64,000 bases of DNA from a virus: positions 1-64,000 of the IMG/VR virus record IMGVR_UViG_3300017917_002593. The stretch is one strand, 5' to 3'. Positions within the stretch are counted from its first letter, which is position 1, and each line of letters starts with the position of its first letter. The notes beneath the pieces are model-generated. The model did no database searches. It was not told the origin of the DNA and saw only the letters and a list, made by a program, of their open reading frames with translations. Both the position numbers and the translations under genes were made by a program. Positions 28,279-37,497 of this stretch are shown here, in pieces.

Positions 28279-29988
28279 ATGAGCTGGAAAAAGTACTTTA
28301 CCCCTGTCGATACCTCTGGAACTATGAGCCCAATTAGTGGCTCGGGTGGCGACAGACCTACTGGCTCGCGCCTTAACTATAGTTCCTACTTGCCTGATGT
28401 TTATAGCGGTCATCCAAATCGTTTAGAGCGTTACGGCCAGTACGACATGATGGACGGAGACAGCGAAGTTAACGCAGCGTTGGATATTCTTGCAGAATTC
28501 TGTACGCAACTCAATGAAGAAAATGCGACTCCATTTCAAATTTTCTTCAAAGATCAAGCAACTCCAACCGAAGTTAAGATTATTAAAAAGTATCTACAGC
28601 AATGGACTCGTTTGAATAAGTTTCAGAAGCGTATCTTTAAAATTGTAAGAAACGCATTTAAGTACGGTGATTGTTTCTTTATTAGAGATCCAGAAACTCA
28701 AGTTTGGATGTATGTAGATCCTGGTAAAGTAGATAAGATTATTGTTAATGAAAGTGACGGTAAAGTTCCTGAACAGTATGTTATCCGTGATCTGAATCCA
28801 AACTTTGTTAATCTAAGTACAACGCAAATTGCTCCAAGTGCAACCAATGCAGGACCTCCTACACCATATAGTGGCGGCGGAGGCGGTCAACGTAACATGA
28901 CCGGAACGTATCCTACAAACATTGGAAATCGTTTTGGTGTTAATCAAACACAGTGGGCTATTAATGCTGAATATGTAGTTCATCTAAGTATGAGCGAAGG
29001 AATGGATCAAAATTATCCGTTCGGTAACAGTCTATTAGAAAGTATCTTTAAGGTTTATAAGCAAAAAGAACTATTAGAAGATGCGATCATTATCTATCGT
29101 GTACAACGTGCTCCCGAGCGTAGGGTATTTTATATTGACGTTGGTAATATGCCAAGTCACTTGGCTATGAGCTTTGTTGAGCGTGTTAAAAATGAAGTAA
29201 ATCAGCGCCGTATTCCAAGCGTTACAGGTGGCGGTCAGACTGTAGTAGATTCAAGCTACAATCCATTAAGTATCAATGAAGACTATTTCTTCCCTCAAAC
29301 AAGTGAAGGTCGCGGATCTAAAGTTGAAATTCTTCCAGGTGGTACTAACTTAGGAGAAATCGATGATCTTAGATATTTTACTAATAAGTTGTTTCGTGCT
29401 TTACGCATACCTTCAAGTTATCTACCTACCGGGCCTGACGATGGAGGATCTAGCTTTAATGATGGTCGAGTTGGAACAGCCTACATCCAAGAACTTAGAT
29501 TTAACAAATACTGCGAGCGACTCCAAAGTAATTTAAACGAAGCATTTGATCTTGAGTTTAAAGCCTATCTACAGAATAAAGGCATTAACTTTGATCCTAA
29601 TGTATTTGAACTACAGTTTAATCCTCCACAAAACTTTGCAGCCTATCGTCAAACAGAAATGGATACTGCAAGGATTCAAAGTTACAGCAGTGTTGTTACA
29701 GTTCCTTACATCAGTAAGCGTTTTGCTCTCAAGCGTTTCTTAGGTCTAACTGCTGAAGAAATGGCAGAAAACGAAGAAATGTGGAAAGAAGAAAATGGTT
29801 TAAGTATCAAAGCACCAAGTGCAAGTGCTGAGTTACGTAGTAGCGGCATAACCAGCGGCGGTATGGAAAACGATGTTTCCGATTTAGGTCAGTCGGGCAC
29901 AGCACCGGAAGGCATGCCAGGAGGACCTGATCCAATGGCAGCACCAGCAGGTCCTGGCGCAGCGCCGGCAGGACAAGCACCGGCATAA
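28279..29988 (+). CDS. gp20: Portal protein gp20
   Basis: LLEDAIIIYRVQRAPERRVFYIDVGNMP, EDYFFP...GRGSKVEILPGG.NLGEIDDLRYF. Confidence 0.95.
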   Translation: MSWKKYFTPVDTSGTMSPISGSGGDRPTGSRLNYSSYLPDVYSGHPNRLERYGQYDMMDGDSEVNAALDILAEFCTQLNEENATPFQIFFKDQATPTEVKIIKKYLQQWTRLNKFQKRIFKIVRNAFKYGDCFFIRDPETQVWMYVDPGKVDKIIVNESDGKVPEQYVIRDLNPNFVNLSTTQIAPSATNAGPPTPYSGGGGGQRNMTGTYPTNIGNRFGVNQTQWAINAEYVVHLSMSEGMDQNYPFGNSLLESIFKVYKQKELLEDAIIIYRVQRAPERRVFYIDVGNMPSHLAMSFVERVKNEVNQRRIPSVTGGGQTVVDSSYNPLSINEDYFFPQTSEGRGSKVEILPGGTNLGEIDDLRYFTNKLFRALRIPSSYLPTGPDDGGSSFNDGRVGTAYIQELRFNKYCERLQSNLNEAFDLEFKAYLQNKGINFDPNVFELQFNPPQNFAAYRQTEMDTARIQSYSSVVTVPYISKRFALKRFLGLTAEEMAENEEMWKEENGLSIKAPSASAELRSSGITSGGMENDVSDLGQSGTAPEGMPGGPDPMAAPAGPGAAPAGQAPA

Positions 29989-29991
29989 TTG

Positions 29992-29999
29992 GATAAATA
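29992..29999 (+). promoter_or_regulatory. Late promoter GATAAATA, 5 nt before the ATG at 30005
   Basis: GGATAAATATCATCATG. Confidence 0.65.
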
Positions 30000-30004
30000 T
30001 CATC

Positions 30005-30250
30005 ATGCTACTTAACGAATTCATTTATTTTAAGCCAAACGAGGGATTGTCTTCTAATGACCGCTACAACCCATTAGAAGACAACATCAGCATTTTAAAA
30101 TCGAGCGATCTTCGTAAGACAAGATTAACACTTGGAATGATCAATAGATTAAGAAAAGCAGGCGATGCAAGGGAAAAAGAGCAAAAAGAACATTTAGAAT
30201 TTGTTAAGATAATGTATGCTCCACCACCTCCTGAAGCAGGTGTTGCGTAA
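30005..30250 (+). CDS. Small head-module protein of unknown function
   Basis: Lies between portal and core genes; own late promoter; RKTRLTL..INRLRK...MY. Confidence 0.65.
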   Translation: MLLNEFIYFKPNEGLSSNDRYNPLEDNISILKSSDLRKTRLTLGMINRLRKAGDAREKEQKEHLEFVKIMYAPPPPEAGVA

Positions 30251-30384
30251 TCTGCAAAGTTAATTTTGCATCGAAGATCATAAATAATTTTAAGAAACAA
30301 TTCAATCCTGAGCCTAAAAACTCTGTCTTTTGTCAAAAACTGACCGTTTTTGGCCTATTTCACATAAGTATTCAGTTATGGCTG

Positions 30385-30390
30385 TAAATA
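30385..30390 (+). promoter_or_regulatory. Late promoter core TAAATA for the core/protease/scaffold/capsid genes
   Basis: Intergenic GTAAATA, followed by SD AGGAG and the ATG at 30432. Confidence 0.55.
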
Positions 30391-30431
30391 TACACGACAG
30401 CCTTGCCAATCTAACATAGGAGAAACCCGCA

Positions 30432-31385
30432 ATGTCTACAAAGTTTGAACAACTATTAGACCTATTAGTCAACGAGGAAATGGATAAGGCGAATGAATTA
30501 TTCCATGAGATCGTTGTTGAAAAGTCTAGAGAAATTTATGAAAATATGATCGCCGAAGAGGCAGATGATGAAATGGAAGAATCTATGGAGTCTGATGACG
30601 ACATGGAAGAAGCTATGGATAAAGACGACGAACAAGTCGAAGAAGAAACTACACTTGAAATCGGTGGCGACAGTACCGATGATTTCATGGACAAAGTTTC
30701 CGACCCTGACGCTATGGGCGATGAGGGTGATATGGACAGTATGGACGGCGACATTGGAGCCGAAGGCGAAGGTTCTGAAGAACAAAGAATCTCCGATCTT
30801 GAATCTGAACTCGAACAACTAAAAGCAGAATTCGAAGCTTTAATGGCTGACGAACAAAATGAGCCAGAGCACAGCGACGGCGAAGAAGATCCTGACTTTG
30901 GCGGAATGGCCGACGATGAAGAAGGCGACGACGAAGAAGGTGAAGAAGGCGACGAAGAAGAAAAAGCCGAAGAAGGCGAATACATGCGTGAGTATGTAGA
31001 GCATGTAAAAGACGGCCACGGCGCTGACAAAAAAGGTAAAGGCGAAGACGGTGGTACTAACACCAAGAGCGTTGGTCTACAAAATCCAAAAGGACGCCCA
31101 ACAACTACAGCATCTGCACATAACATCTTAGGTGGTAAGGGCGGAGAAGCTGGCATCAAGGGCGGAGAAGGCCTTGTTGGCGGACAAAAAGGTGAATTCA
31201 CAAGCGACCACTTGAACAAGCCAGGTGGATACAAAGGTGATGCATTTAGCAAGAACAGTGCTGGACACGGCGCTGAAGGTAAAGCACAACGTGGTGAAGG
31301 TCGCCCAGTTGGTGCAGCTACTGGTGGTAAAGCAGGTCAAACTGGCGCTGTAAACACTAAGAGCCCAGCTGACCGTATGCAATAA
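30432..31385 (+). CDS. Acidic prohead core protein (gp67-like position)
   Basis: Extremely D/E-rich; N-terminal helix ...DKANELFHEIVVEK; immediately upstream of the protease. Confidence 0.6.
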   Translation: MSTKFEQLLDLLVNEEMDKANELFHEIVVEKSREIYENMIAEEADDEMEESMESDDDMEEAMDKDDEQVEEETTLEIGGDSTDDFMDKVSDPDAMGDEGDMDSMDGDIGAEGEGSEEQRISDLESELEQLKAEFEALMADEQNEPEHSDGEEDPDFGGMADDEEGDDEEGEEGDEEEKAEEGEYMREYVEHVKDGHGADKKGKGEDGGTNTKSVGLQNPKGRPTTTASAHNILGGKGGEAGIKGGEGLVGGQKGEFTSDHLNKPGGYKGDAFSKNSAGHGAEGKAQRGEGRPVGAATGGKAGQTGAVNTKSPADRMQ

Positions 31386-31397
31386 TAGGAACTCGGG

Positions 31398-32024
31398 ATG
31401 CTATATCTAAGAGAACATTTAAGTTTTGATCAGGCAAGAGTTGTTCTTGAATCTGACGGAAATGAAGGTAAGAACCTTTACCTAAAAGGCATTGCCATTC
31501 AAGGTGGAATTAGAAACGCTAACCAGCGTGTCTATCCTGTCTCCGAGATTACCAACGCTGTCAAAACTCTAAATGATCAGATTCAAAACGGTTATAGTGT
31601 TCTTGGAGAAGTTGATCACCCCGATGACTTAAAAGTAAATTTGGATCGTGTATCGCATATGATTGTTGATATGTGGATGGATGGTCCAAACGGTTATAGT
31701 AAGATGAAAATCTTACCAACCCCTATGGGCAACTTAATTCGCACAATGCTGGAAAGTGGCGTAAAACTTGGCGTAAGTTCTAGAGGTAGCGGCAACGTTA
31801 ACGATAGCACTGGCGAAGTAGCTGACTTTGAAATTATTACAGTAGATATCGTTGCTCAGCCGAGTGCGCCAGGAGCTTACCCTACTCCAATTTATGAACA
31901 CCTGATGAATAGTCGTGGTGGTAGTAAAGCATTTAGGGTGGCGCAAGAGGTAAAAGAAGATCCCAAGGCCCAAAAGTATCTCCGCGAGGCGATGCTTAAC
32001 ATTATAAATGGCTTAAAAGCCTAA
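31398..32024 (+). CDS. gp21: Prohead protease gp21
   Basis: RNANQRVYP, LGEVDHP, VSH, LGVSSRGSG, TVDIVAQPSAPGA. Confidence 0.95.
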   Translation: MLYLREHLSFDQARVVLESDGNEGKNLYLKGIAIQGGIRNANQRVYPVSEITNAVKTLNDQIQNGYSVLGEVDHPDDLKVNLDRVSHMIVDMWMDGPNGYSKMKILPTPMGNLIRTMLESGVKLGVSSRGSGNVNDSTGEVADFEIITVDIVAQPSAPGAYPTPIYEHLMNSRGGSKAFRVAQEVKEDPKAQKYLREAMLNIINGLKA

Positions 32025-32036
32025 GGAGACAAAGCA

Positions 32037-33140
32037 ATGTTGGACGCATTCAAACAGCTGGTCGAGAGTGGTATGATTTCTGAGTCTGTAAAGACTGAGA
32101 TTGAGTCTGCTTTCAATCAGAAGATCCAAGAGAATCGCGACCAATTGACTGCTGAACTTCGTGAAGAGTTTGCTCAAAAATATTCCCATGATAAGGGAAT
32201 TATGGTTGAAGCACTCGACAAGATGATTAGCGAAAGATTGGCCGTAGAGATGGCTGAACTCGCTGCTGATAAAAAGGCTTTAGCAGAAGCTAAAGTTGCA
32301 TATCACCAGAAAATGACAAAGGATACTAAAGTTTTAGAATCTTTTATCATGAGTCAGTTAGGAAAAGAATTGGTAGAATTCCAAAGCGATCGTAAGAAAG
32401 TAAGTGAGAATTTTACTAAGTTAGAGCAGTTCATTGTAACAGCTCTGGCACGTGAAATCAATGAATTTGCACAAGACAAGCGTGAATTAGCTGAAGCGAG
32501 AGTTAAGCTGGTAAGCGAAGCCAAAGTAAAATTTGACGAAGTCAAGAGCAGATTTATTAAGCGTAGCGCCGCAATCGTTGAAAACACAGTTACTAAGACA
32601 TTGAAATCCGAGATGAAACAACTCAAGGAAGATATCGATAGTGCTCGTCAAAACGCATTCGGTCGTCGCTTATTTGAAGCATTTGCACAGGAATTTAGCA
32701 CAAGCTATCTAAACGAAAAGTCTGAAACACATAAGTTGTTAAGAATTATCGAAAAGAAAGAGCAAGAGCTTGCCGAAGCAAAAGCTGTTGTTACTGAAAA
32801 AGCACAATTAGTTGAGTCTAAGGAACGCGAAATTCGCATTGCTCATGACATGGCTAAGCGTAAAGAAGTAATGGCAGAACTGTTAGCACCTTTGAGTGCT
32901 GACAAACGAGAGATCATGAAAGAATTACTTGAGTCTGTCCAGACAGTAAAACTTAATGAGTCATTTGAGAAATACCTACCAGCAGTTATGGAAGGTGGCG
33001 TAAAGAAAGTAGCACCTAAGGCGCAAGCTAAAGAAATGCTTTCCGAAAGCACTGAAGTAACTGGAGATCGCGAAACAAAACAGCCACAGGTAGGCTTAGA
33101 TAACATCTTAGATATCCGCAAGTTAGCGGGTCTAAAATAA
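32037..33140 (+). CDS. gp22: Prohead core scaffold gp22-like
   Basis: Coiled-coil, E/K-rich; between protease and capsid genes. Confidence 0.8.
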   Translation: MLDAFKQLVESGMISESVKTEIESAFNQKIQENRDQLTAELREEFAQKYSHDKGIMVEALDKMISERLAVEMAELAADKKALAEAKVAYHQKMTKDTKVLESFIMSQLGKELVEFQSDRKKVSENFTKLEQFIVTALAREINEFAQDKRELAEARVKLVSEAKVKFDEVKSRFIKRSAAIVENTVTKTLKSEMKQLKEDIDSARQNAFGRRLFEAFAQEFSTSYLNEKSETHKLLRIIEKKEQELAEAKAVVTEKAQLVESKEREIRIAHDMAKRKEVMAELLAPLSADKREIMKELLESVQTVKLNESFEKYLPAVMEGGVKKVAPKAQAKEMLSESTEVTGDRETKQPQVGLDNILDIRKLAGLK

Positions 33141-33164
33141 AAATATTCAAGGAGAAGACATAAA

Positions 33165-34346
33165 ATGTCACAATTATTAAATGAAAGATGGTCCGAGACC
33201 AAAGAAGCTCTGCTTGAAGGCCTACAAGGTAACCGTCGTTCTTCTATGAGCGTTTGCTTAGAGAATACACGAAAGTACCTAGCTGAAAGTGCTACAGCAG
33301 GAGCTACAAGCACTGGTAATATCGCAACACTAAACCGCGTTATTCTTCCAGTTATCCGTCGTGTTATGCCGACAGTTATTGCTAACGAAATCGTTGGCGT
33401 ACAACCAATGACTGGCCCAGTTGCTCAGATCCATACTCTACGTGTTCGTTACGCTGATACCAGCGCAGGCGACAGTGTAGTAGCAGGCGATGAGGCACTA
33501 AGCCCATTCAAGTTGGCTGCTGCTTATTCTGGTAACGGTAATAACAGCGCACCAAAAGCACAAACTACCAGCGTTCTTGAAGGACAAGTTGGTAAGCGTA
33601 TGAGCATTCAAATCTTGAAGGCTCCAGTTGAAGCTAAGTCTCGTAAACTAAGCGCACGCTGGACATTCGAGGCTGCTCAAGACGCACAAGCAATGCACGG
33701 TATCGATATCGAAGCAGAAATCATGGCAGCTCTTGCTCAAGAAATCACTGCTGAAATCGACCAAGAAGTTCTTGCTTCTCTACGTGGTCTTGGCACAGTT
33801 GAACAAACTTATGACCAAGCTGCCGTATCCGGTACTGCTACATTCGTTGGTGACGAACACGCTGCTTTAGCTGTTCAGATCAACCGTGTTGCAAACTTGA
33901 TCGCTCAGCGTACACGTCGTGGTGCTGCTAACTGGGCAGTTGTTTCTAACCAGGCTCTAACGATCCTTCAGTCTGCAACAACATCCGCTTTTGCACGTAC
34001 TACAGAAGGTACATTCGAAGCACCTACAAACACTAAGTTTGTTGGTACTCTAAACAACAGCATGAAGATCTATGTTGACGCTTACCTAAGCGACACAGAC
34101 GACAACAACCAAATTCTTGTTGGTTATAAGGGACCAAGCGAAGCTGACGCTGCCGCTTTCTACTGCCCATATATTCCTCTAATGAGTTCTGGTGTTGTTC
34201 TTGATCCAGCAACATTCGAGCCAGTAGTTGGCTTCTTAACACGTTACGGCTATGTTGAGTTAACAAACACAGCATCCAGCTTAGGTAACGCTGCTGACTA
34301 CCTAGGTAAAGTTGCTATCACAGCCGCTAACGTATCTTTCCGTTAA
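33165..34346 (+). CDS. gp23: Major capsid protein gp23
   Basis: IRRVMPTVIANEIVGVQPMTGP, VEAKSRKLSARWTFEAAQD, FYCPYIPL, FLTRYG. Confidence 0.96.
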   Translation: MSQLLNERWSETKEALLEGLQGNRRSSMSVCLENTRKYLAESATAGATSTGNIATLNRVILPVIRRVMPTVIANEIVGVQPMTGPVAQIHTLRVRYADTSAGDSVVAGDEALSPFKLAAAYSGNGNNSAPKAQTTSVLEGQVGKRMSIQILKAPVEAKSRKLSARWTFEAAQDAQAMHGIDIEAEIMAALAQEITAEIDQEVLASLRGLGTVEQTYDQAAVSGTATFVGDEHAALAVQINRVANLIAQRTRRGAANWAVVSNQALTILQSATTSAFARTTEGTFEAPTNTKFVGTLNNSMKIYVDAYLSDTDDNNQILVGYKGPSEADAAAFYCPYIPLMSSGVVLDPATFEPVVGFLTRYGYVELTNTASSLGNAADYLGKVAITAANVSFR

Positions 34347-34371
34347 TTCGAAAAGTTACTTTACCAAGTAC

Positions 34372-34396
34372 AAAAGCCCGCATATGCGGGCTTTTT
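34372..34396 (+). terminator. Intrinsic terminator after gp23
   Basis: AAAAGCCCG-CATATG-CGGGCTTTTT. Confidence 0.85.
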
Positions 34397-34397
34397 G

Positions 34398-34458
34398 TTA
34401 AATACAATATCTACAATTATGCGGTCCCCACCGCGTATGGGCCTAGAACGCCCTGTAG
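34398..34458 (+). promoter_or_regulatory. Late promoter (TTAAATA) plus structured 5' leader
   Basis: CTACA...TGTAG encloses hairpins TATGCGGT-CCCC-ACCGCGTA and GGGC-CTAGAAC-GCCC. Confidence 0.55.
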
Positions 34459-34476
34459 TCAATAAGGAGAAAACAA

Positions 34477-35193
34477 ATGGGACGTCCAATTCAAAAAAAA
34501 TATTTCGCTAACACAAACGTTGCTTTAGACGGTGAAGGCGTAGGCGGAGAAAAATTTAGTGCTGTAACAGTACTAACAACTGGTACTCTGTATTCTACAG
34601 TTACAAACTATACATGGACAGGTTCTGCACCTCAGCTTGCAGGCGGCCAAGCTGCTACTGGTACATTAACTGTTGGTACTGATGGTCGTGTAAGTGCTTT
34701 CAACATTAGTGATGCTGGTAGCGGTTATACCTCCACTTCCAGTGTTACTGTTACAGTAAGCCCATCAACAACTGGTACTACAGCAACCTACCATATTGCA
34801 TTAACATCATCAGCTCGTGCAAACGGTGTAGCAATTTACGCATATATTCCTGCAAGCGGAACAGCAGGTTTAGTTAGCGGATCTGGCGGAACACAACGTC
34901 TATTAGGAGACATTGTACGTCAAGTTGGCAGTACAAAGTATATGGTAAGAACTTCTGAAGGTTTAGGAAAAGTTAAATTAGTATCCGACGGTGCTGCTGA
35001 CGCAGCTGGAGAAGCTGATCTAACAGCAACAGACAGTTCTGGCAAGACATACTATGTTATGAAGCTAAACGGTCGTAAGGCAAAACTAAAACAATACGGT
35101 TCAGCTGGTCACGAATTTGCTGACGAGTCTTGGGTTAAGTGGACAATTACTGCCGCTGAAGAAAATGTAAGTGTTCTTATAGCTAACGCTTAA
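34477..35193 (+). CDS. Putative virion structural / capsid decoration protein
   Basis: Strong SD AAGGAG, monocistronic late unit right after gp23, Thr/Gly/Ser-rich beta composition. Confidence 0.55.
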   Translation: MGRPIQKKYFANTNVALDGEGVGGEKFSAVTVLTTGTLYSTVTNYTWTGSAPQLAGGQAATGTLTVGTDGRVSAFNISDAGSGYTSTSSVTVTVSPSTTGTTATYHIALTSSARANGVAIYAYIPASGTAGLVSGSGGTQRLLGDIVRQVGSTKYMVRTSEGLGKVKLVSDGAADAAGEADLTATDSSGKTYYVMKLNGRKAKLKQYGSAGHEFADESWVKWTITAAEENVSVLIANA

Positions 35194-35210
35194 TTAAGTT
35201 AAGCACACAG

Positions 35211-35236
35211 GAAAAGGGCTTAGGCCCTTTTCTTAT
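35211..35236 (+). terminator. Intrinsic terminator
   Basis: GAAAAGGGC-TTAG-GCCCTTTTC followed by a T-rich tail. Confidence 0.8.
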
Positions 35237-35243
35237 TTGCTGC

Positions 35244-35249
35244 TAAATA
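35244..35249 (+). promoter_or_regulatory. Late promoter core TAAATA
   Basis: Directly after the terminator, before SD AAGGA and the ATG at 35267. Confidence 0.6.
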
Positions 35250-35266
35250 CGATAAAGGAAATTTAC

Positions 35267-36301
35267 ATGACCGTAGATGTAATTCGATATTCTGGCGATC
35301 TTAAAATAGCAACTAAACCTGGCGGCATCATTACATTAGACACGGGTGTAAATTCTGGAACAGTTGTTATTACCGGAAACTTAAATGTATTAGGAACTGC
35401 AACCAACATTGCAACAACTAATACTATTGTAAAAGACAATATCATTACATTGAATGCAGGGGAATCTGGTTCAAGTGTAAGTTTAGGAGAATCAAATACT
35501 CCATTCTTTGGTCAATCTGGTTTTGTAGTTGATAGAGGAAATAATGCCAGTACTGCAACAAGGGCATCTATCTTATTTGAAGAAAGAACTTGGAGCTCTA
35601 CATCGACTACTGCAACTCAGTATCAAGGAATTTGGTCAATCAAAACAGCCAACCGTGGAGCTGCAATCGAAGTTGGAGCAATTAGATTGGCAGGTGGCGG
35701 TCCAAATAACGATAATAGATTGAACTTGCTGGGTGCAGGTATCAACGGAGTTTTAAGTGTTGCAGGACAGTTAAATTATCATACTCGTGTTATCGACGAT
35801 AATGATATTCCTAACAAATACTATGTTGACAACACTCCATTAAGAGGAACAGCTACAAGTGCAGTAACAGCTTTGGAACTGAGACAAAATGACACTCGTA
35901 TATCAATTACAGACAACAATATTCAACCAGGATTTATTACAACAGTAATTGACGGCGTTACCACAATGATTGTTCAGCGTTTTGCTGGCGTTCCAACGAT
36001 TACATTGGGTACTCTTATTGTTGCAGGTAACAGTATTCGACCAGCAGCTACTAATGCAGATTTAATTTTACAAACTATCGGAACAGGTACAACCGTTGTA
36101 AATAATGGAATAACAATTGGAGTATCAAATGTTGAGCCTCAACCTGTTCAAGGCGCAGTTAAAATTTATACAACTTCGACTGTAGGAGCAGGTAGCACAG
36201 GTATTCGATATTCTGGATACGAAAACTTATCTACTCTTGTTCCAACATCAGGTGAATTAATTTCTGCAAGAAAGGCTCTTGTTCTTTCAATTATATTCTA
36301 A
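35267..36301 (+). CDS. Virion structural (fibre-base-like) protein; start revised to ATG 35267
   Basis: SD AAGGA before 35267; ITGNLNVLGT...IVKDNIITLN motif is shared with the downstream fibre proteins. Confidence 0.6.
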   Translation: MTVDVIRYSGDLKIATKPGGIITLDTGVNSGTVVITGNLNVLGTATNIATTNTIVKDNIITLNAGESGSSVSLGESNTPFFGQSGFVVDRGNNASTATRASILFEERTWSSTSTTATQYQGIWSIKTANRGAAIEVGAIRLAGGGPNNDNRLNLLGAGINGVLSVAGQLNYHTRVIDDNDIPNKYYVDNTPLRGTATSAVTALELRQNDTRISITDNNIQPGFITTVIDGVTTMIVQRFAGVPTITLGTLIVAGNSIRPAATNADLILQTIGTGTTVVNNGITIGVSNVEPQPVQGAVKIYTTSTVGAGSTGIRYSGYENLSTLVPTSGELISARKALVLSIIF

Positions 36302-36310
36302 GGATTCAAA

Positions 36311-36628
36311 ATGGCAATTACAAATTCTCAACTAAGTTCGACTTCAAAGACTGAAGTTTTTGTAGGATCGGGCGAGAATGCAATCACATGTATTATTTTG
36401 TGCAATACAAGTCTTACTGTTAATGCAACAGTGAGTGTATGGATAGTTCCAGCTGCTGTGGCAGCAGGAGATGCAAATCTGATTTTAAATGAAATATCTT
36501 TACCTGCAGGCGAGACGTTTAGTATGGACACTGAACGATTTATTTTAGCGGACGGCGATAGTATTCAAGCACAAGCAAGTCAAAACTTAATTGTAACTGC
36601 AACAGTCAGTTATGTTCAAACGGCATAA
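36311..36628 (+). CDS. Small beta-sandwich-like structural/adaptor protein, paralog of 44079..44465
   Basis: Shared pattern T.V[FY]V...I[IL]..N...[LV]P....[FM]IL...DSI.A.A. Confidence 0.6.
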   Translation: MAITNSQLSSTSKTEVFVGSGENAITCIILCNTSLTVNATVSVWIVPAAVAAGDANLILNEISLPAGETFSMDTERFILADGDSIQAQASQNLIVTATVSYVQTA

Positions 36629-36631
36629 ATT

Positions 36632-37366
36632 ATGAAATTTTACAAAAGACAGTCTATTGATTCTCATAATCCGCAAGATGATAAATTTGCGGTAGAAGCT
36701 GACGGCCGATTAATTTCTGATTCTACAAAAAGTTTTAGACTACCCGGCGGCATGACTTCAGAACGTCCAACTAATCCTGATGCAGGACAAATTAGAGTCA
36801 ACACAGACCTTGACGATCTCGAAACAAGAGTAAGAACTTTATGGGAAAGAGTTAGAACAGTTCGCCCGGCATCCATTACTGTTCAAAATTTAGGAAGTGG
36901 AAATTATTTCAGTACAATCTTTGGTCCTTTAAATTCTTCATATGACCGTTCATATGATCCTACTTATAATGGCGGCGCAGCAAATATAATGGTCTATGTT
37001 GACAACGTTTATCAGATTCCTGGAATAAACTACGATCTAATAACTGACCCTTCTCCAGTTACGGCAGCTACTACCGCAACTACTTCTGCATCTTCTACTG
37101 TGCTGTATCTTGACTCTGTACAAAACGTTCAGCCGGGGCAACGTATTAGTGGTAGCGCATCAATTACAACAACTACAGTTGTCGTAGGAACTGTTCCTGG
37201 AACTTTTAATATTGAAATTAGCGAACCAACATCGGCACCAGTTAACGTAGGTACCAATTTAACTTTTACATTTAGCACTGGAACTTTCATTCAATTTTCT
37301 GGAACAGTACCTGCAAAACCAGTAGTGACTTTACTTGGATACGACGGATATTTCCCTCCAGGATAA
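36632..37366 (+). CDS. Virion structural protein of unknown function
   Basis: LPGG.TSERP.NP.AGQIR.NTD (fibre-associated motif) and IMVYVDNVYQIPG.NY. Confidence 0.55.
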   Translation: MKFYKRQSIDSHNPQDDKFAVEADGRLISDSTKSFRLPGGMTSERPTNPDAGQIRVNTDLDDLETRVRTLWERVRTVRPASITVQNLGSGNYFSTIFGPLNSSYDRSYDPTYNGGAANIMVYVDNVYQIPGINYDLITDPSPVTAATTATTSASSTVLYLDSVQNVQPGQRISGSASITTTTVVVGTVPGTFNIEISEPTSAPVNVGTNLTFTFSTGTFIQFSGTVPAKPVVTLLGYDGYFPPG

Positions 37367-37396
37367 TATCCTATCAACTACAAATAATTAATTCCC

Positions 37397-37492
37397 GATA
37401 AATACTCTGATGCCAAAAGGTTTGGCAGTCGGTTATACTGTGGTAAACCCGCAATGTAAGGTGGTTAACCGTGAAACACGGGGTATAGGGAG
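37397..37492 (+). promoter_or_regulatory. Late promoter GATAAATA plus ~80-nt structured 5' leader of the giant fibre operon
   Basis: TGCCAAA-AGG-TTTGGCA at the predicted +1; TTATACT/GGTATAG encloses GTGG-TAAAC-CCGC and CCGTG-AAA-CACGG and abuts SD GGGAG. Confidence 0.6.
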
Positions 37493-37497
37493 CAAGC

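Noticed and set aside
30536-31252. 238-aa antisense ORF, and the many 60-156-aa track ORFs overlapping long genes
   Set aside because: Shadows of real genes (Ser/Pro-rich mirror of the Glu/Gly-rich core protein); no SD or promoter support.
35237-35266. Track start at TTG 35237
   Set aside because: It lies upstream of the late promoter at 35244; ATG 35267 has a proper SD.
37407-37480. Hammerhead ribozyme or c-di-GMP-I riboswitch (CTGATG...GAAAC; GGTAAAC)
   Set aside because: The core is CUGAUGC rather than CUGAnGA and GAAA does not follow stem II; the c-di-GMP-I GGGxCGCAAAGC segment is absent.
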